In this document: piece by piece, positions 60,701 to 64,000 of the stretch
How positions within the stretch are numbered: the first letter of the stretch is position 1
How the letters are laid out: every line of letters starts with the position of its first letter
NCBI RefSeq assembly: GCF_009914755.1
Contig: NC_060946.1
Direction: 5' to 3' (one strand)
DNA length: 64,000 bases
Source: the human T2T-CHM13v2.0 reference genome, Homo sapiens
Notes under the pieces: generated by a model
Told to the model about the DNA's origin: nothing
The model's input: the letters and a program-made list of their open reading frames with translations, nothing else
Database searches by the model: none
Made by a program: the position numbers and the translations under genes

Positions 60701-63700
60701 TCTGTTCATGTTCTTCGCCCACTTTTTGATGGGGTTTTTTGTTTTTTCTTGTAAATTTGTTTGAGCTCATTGTAGATTCTGGATATTAGCCCTTTGTCAG
60801 ATGAGTAGGTTGTGAAAACTTTCTCCCATTTTGTAGGTTGCCTGTTCAATCTGATGGTAGTTTCTTTTGGTGGCATCACACTATCTGACTTCAAACAATA
60901 CTACAAGGCTACAGTTACCATAACAGCATGGTACTGGTACCAAAACAGAGATGTAGATCAATGGAAGAGAACACAGCCCTCAGAAATAATGCCACATATC
61001 TACAAATAACTGATCCTTGACAAACTTCAGAAAAACAAGCAATGGGGAAAGGATCCCTATTTAATAAATAGTGCTGGGAAAACTGGCTAGCCATATGTAG
61101 AAACCTGAAATTGGATCCCTTCCTTACACCTTATACAAAAATAAATTCAAGATTGATAAAAGACTTAAACGTTACCCCTAAAACCATAAAAACCATAGAA
61201 GAAAACCTAGGCATTACCATTCAGGACATAGGCATGGGCAAGGACTTCATGTCTAAAACACCAAAAGCAATGGCAACAAAAGAAAAAACTGACAAACGGG
61301 ATCTAATGAAACACTCTTTTTGTAGAATCTGCAAGTGGATATTTGGATAGCTTTGAGGATTTCATTGGAAACGGGAATATTTTCACATAAACACTAGACA
61401 GAAACATTCTCAGAAACTTCTCTGTGATGTTTGCATTCAACTCAAAGAGTTTAACATTCCTTTTCATAGAGCAGTTTTGAAACACTCTTTTTATAGGATC
61501 TGCAAGTAGACATTTTATGCAATGTGAGACCTATGGTGAAAAAATAAATATCTTCACGTAAAAAGTAGGCAGAGTCGTTCTCAGAAACTACTTTCTGATG
61601 CGCATACTCAACTCAAAGAGTTAAACCTTTCCTTTGTTACAGCAGTTTTGAAAAACTCTTCTTGCAGAATTAACAAGTGGATATTAGGACAGCAGTGAGG
61701 ACTTCGTTGGAAATGGGAATAACTTCACATAAATCTAGAGAGAAGGATTCTCAGAAACTATTTTGGAATGTTTGCATTCAGCTCACTGTTTTGAAACTTG
61801 CCTTTGATAGAGCAGATTTGAAAGAATTTTTTTGTAAAATTTGCAAATGGATATTTGGAACATTTTGAGGCCTTCGCTGGAAACGGGTATATCTTCACAT
61901 AAAAACTAGACAGAATCATTCTCAGTAACTTCTTTGTGATGTGTGTACTCAACTCACAGAGTTGAACTTTTCTTTAGATAGAGCAGTTTTGAAACACTCT
62001 TTTTATAGGGTCTGCAAGTGGATATTTGTTTAGCTGGGAGGATTTTGTTGGAAAAGGGAATATCTTCACATAAATACTAGACAGAAGCTTTCTCAGAAAC
62101 TTCTTTGTGATGTCTGTACTCAACTCACATAGTTCAACCTCTCATTTGATACGGCAGTTTTGAAACACTCTTCTTGTAGAATCTGCAAGTGGGTATGTGG
62201 ATAGCTTTGAGGCTTTCCCTGGAAACGGGAATATCTTCACATAAAAACTAGAGAGAAGCATTCTCAGAAACTTCTTTGTGACGTTTGCATTCAACTCACA
62301 TAGTTGAACATTCCTTTTTATACAGCAGTTTTGAAACACTCTTCTTGTGAAATCTGCAAGTGGACATTTGGAGCGATTTGATACCTATGGTGAAAAAGGA
62401 AATATCTTCACATAAAAATTGGACAGAAGCATTCTCAGAAACTACATTGTGATGGGTGTACTCAACTCACAGAGTTAAACCTTTCCTTTGATACACCAGT
62501 TTTGAAACACTGTTCTTGTAGACTTTACAAGTGGATATTTGGACAGCTTTGCGTATTTCGTTGGAAACGTGAATATCTTCACATAAAAACTAGACAGAAG
62601 CATTCTGAGAAACTATTTTGTGATGTTTGCATTCAACTCTTGGGGTTGAACATTCACTCTCAAAGAGCAGTTTTGAAACACTCTTTTTGTAGTATCTGGA
62701 AGTGGACATTTGGAGCGCTTTGAGTCTCATGGTGAAAAAGCAAATATCTTCACATAAAAATTACACAGAAGCATTCTCAGAAACTTCTTGGTGATGCTTG
62801 CATTCAACCCACTGAGTTGAACATTCCTTTTCATAGAGCAGTTTTGAAGGACTCTTTTTGTAGAATCTGGAAGTGGAAACTTGGAGCGCTTTGAGGCCTA
62901 TGGTGAAAAAGGAAATATCTTCACATAAAAGCTAGACAAAAGAATTCTCAGAAACTCCTTTGTGATGTGTGTACTCAACTCACAGAGTTGAACTTTTCTT
63001 TTGATAGAGCAGTTTTGAAACACTCTTTTTGTAGAATTTCCAAGTGGATATTTGGATACGTTTGAGGATTTCCTTGGAAATGGGAATATCTTCACATAAA
63101 AACTAGACCGAAGCATTCTCAGAAACTCCTTTGTGATGTTTGCATTCAACGCACAGAGTTGAAAATTCCCTTTCATAGAGCAGTTTTGAAACACGCCTTT
63201 TGTAGAATCTGCAAGTGGACATTTGGTTCGATTTGAGACCTAGTTTGAAAAAGGAAATATCTTCACATAAAAAGTAGACAGAAGCATTCTCAGAAGCTAC
63301 TTTTTGATGTGTGTACTCAACTCACAGAGTTAAACTCTTCCTGTGATACAGCAGATTTTAAAAACTCTTCTTTTGGAATTTACAAGTGCATATTTGTACA
63401 ACATTGAGGATTTCGTTGGAATCGGGAATATCTTCACATAAAACTAGAGAGAAGCATTCTCAGAAGCTTCTTTGTGATGTGTGCATTCAACTCACTGACT
63501 TTAAACTTTCCTTTTTTATAGCAGATTGGAAATATTCTTTTTGTAGAATTTCCAATTGGCTATTTGGACAGTTTTGAGGCCTTCGCTGGAAAATCTATAT
63601 CTTCACATAAAAACTGGACAGAAGAATCCTCAGAAACTTCTTTGAGATGCCTGCATTCAACTCACAGAGTTGAACCCTCCTTTTCTTAGAGCAGTTTAGA

Positions 63701-64000
63701 AACACTCTTTTTGTAGAATCTGTAAATGGAAACATAGAGCGATTTGAAGCCTATGATGAAAAAGGAAATATCTTCCCATGAAAACTGGACAGAAGAATTC
63801 TCAGAAACCTCTTTGTGATGTGTGTATTAAAATCGCAGAGTTGAATTTTTCTTTTGATAGAGCAGTTTTGAAACGCTCTTTTTGTAGGGTCTGCAAGTGG
63901 ATATTAGGATAGCTGGGAGGATTTCATTGGAAACGGGAATACATTCACATAAATACTAGACAGAAGCATTCTCAGAAACTTCTTTGTGATGGGTGTACTA
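48773..64000 (+). repeat. Alpha satellite in the opposite orientation, divergent SF5-like with a relic multimer structure; runs off the window
   Basis: cattctcagaaacttctttgtgatg on the plus strand. Scattered intact CENP-B boxes, e.g. 54141-54157, 54992-55008, 58056-58072. Confidence 0.95.
59896..61306 (-). mobile_element. 5'-truncated, 5'-inverted L1PA2-like insertion (1.4 kb) in alpha satellite
   Basis: Minus-strand 3' part 59896-60869 and plus-strand inverted part 60869-61306. TSD tgaaacactcttttt at 59881-59895 and 61307-61321. gatattcccc..ccatgtgatctc and the GAG-type site ctaactcgtcatc fit PA2. Confidence 0.93.

Overview
Hominid (human-like) pericentromeric transition with no intact protein-coding gene. 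1-2.2 kb is a near-complete MSTB MaLR provirus. 2.2-7.0 kb is GC-rich, probably duplicated euchromatic DNA carrying a decayed TTC34 last-exon copy. 7.0-9.1 kb is a tangle of MER4-group LTR pieces plus an AluS. 9.1-20 kb is a decayed class I ERV (gag, pro, pol and an atypical env). A 5'-inverted L1PA3-like element inserted into its pol, and a later ~6.2-kb inversion (16192-22405) split both elements and left L1 ORF2 joined directly to alpha satellite. 22.4-64 kb is A/B-type (pJ-alpha/CENP-B box) alpha satellite: an 8-monomer 1365-bp HOR grades into shuffled dimers and then irregular monomers, the strand switches at 48772/48773, and a divergent array follows with a hidden ~5-monomer period and a twin-primed L1PA2-like insertion that looks unusually mutated. 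I see no convincing new biological system. The best leads are the reconstructable inversion, the non-gamma-type env, older host DNA inside gag, the apparent L1 hypermutation and the HOR gradient. Family and subfamily names come from remembered consensus sequences and were not searched.
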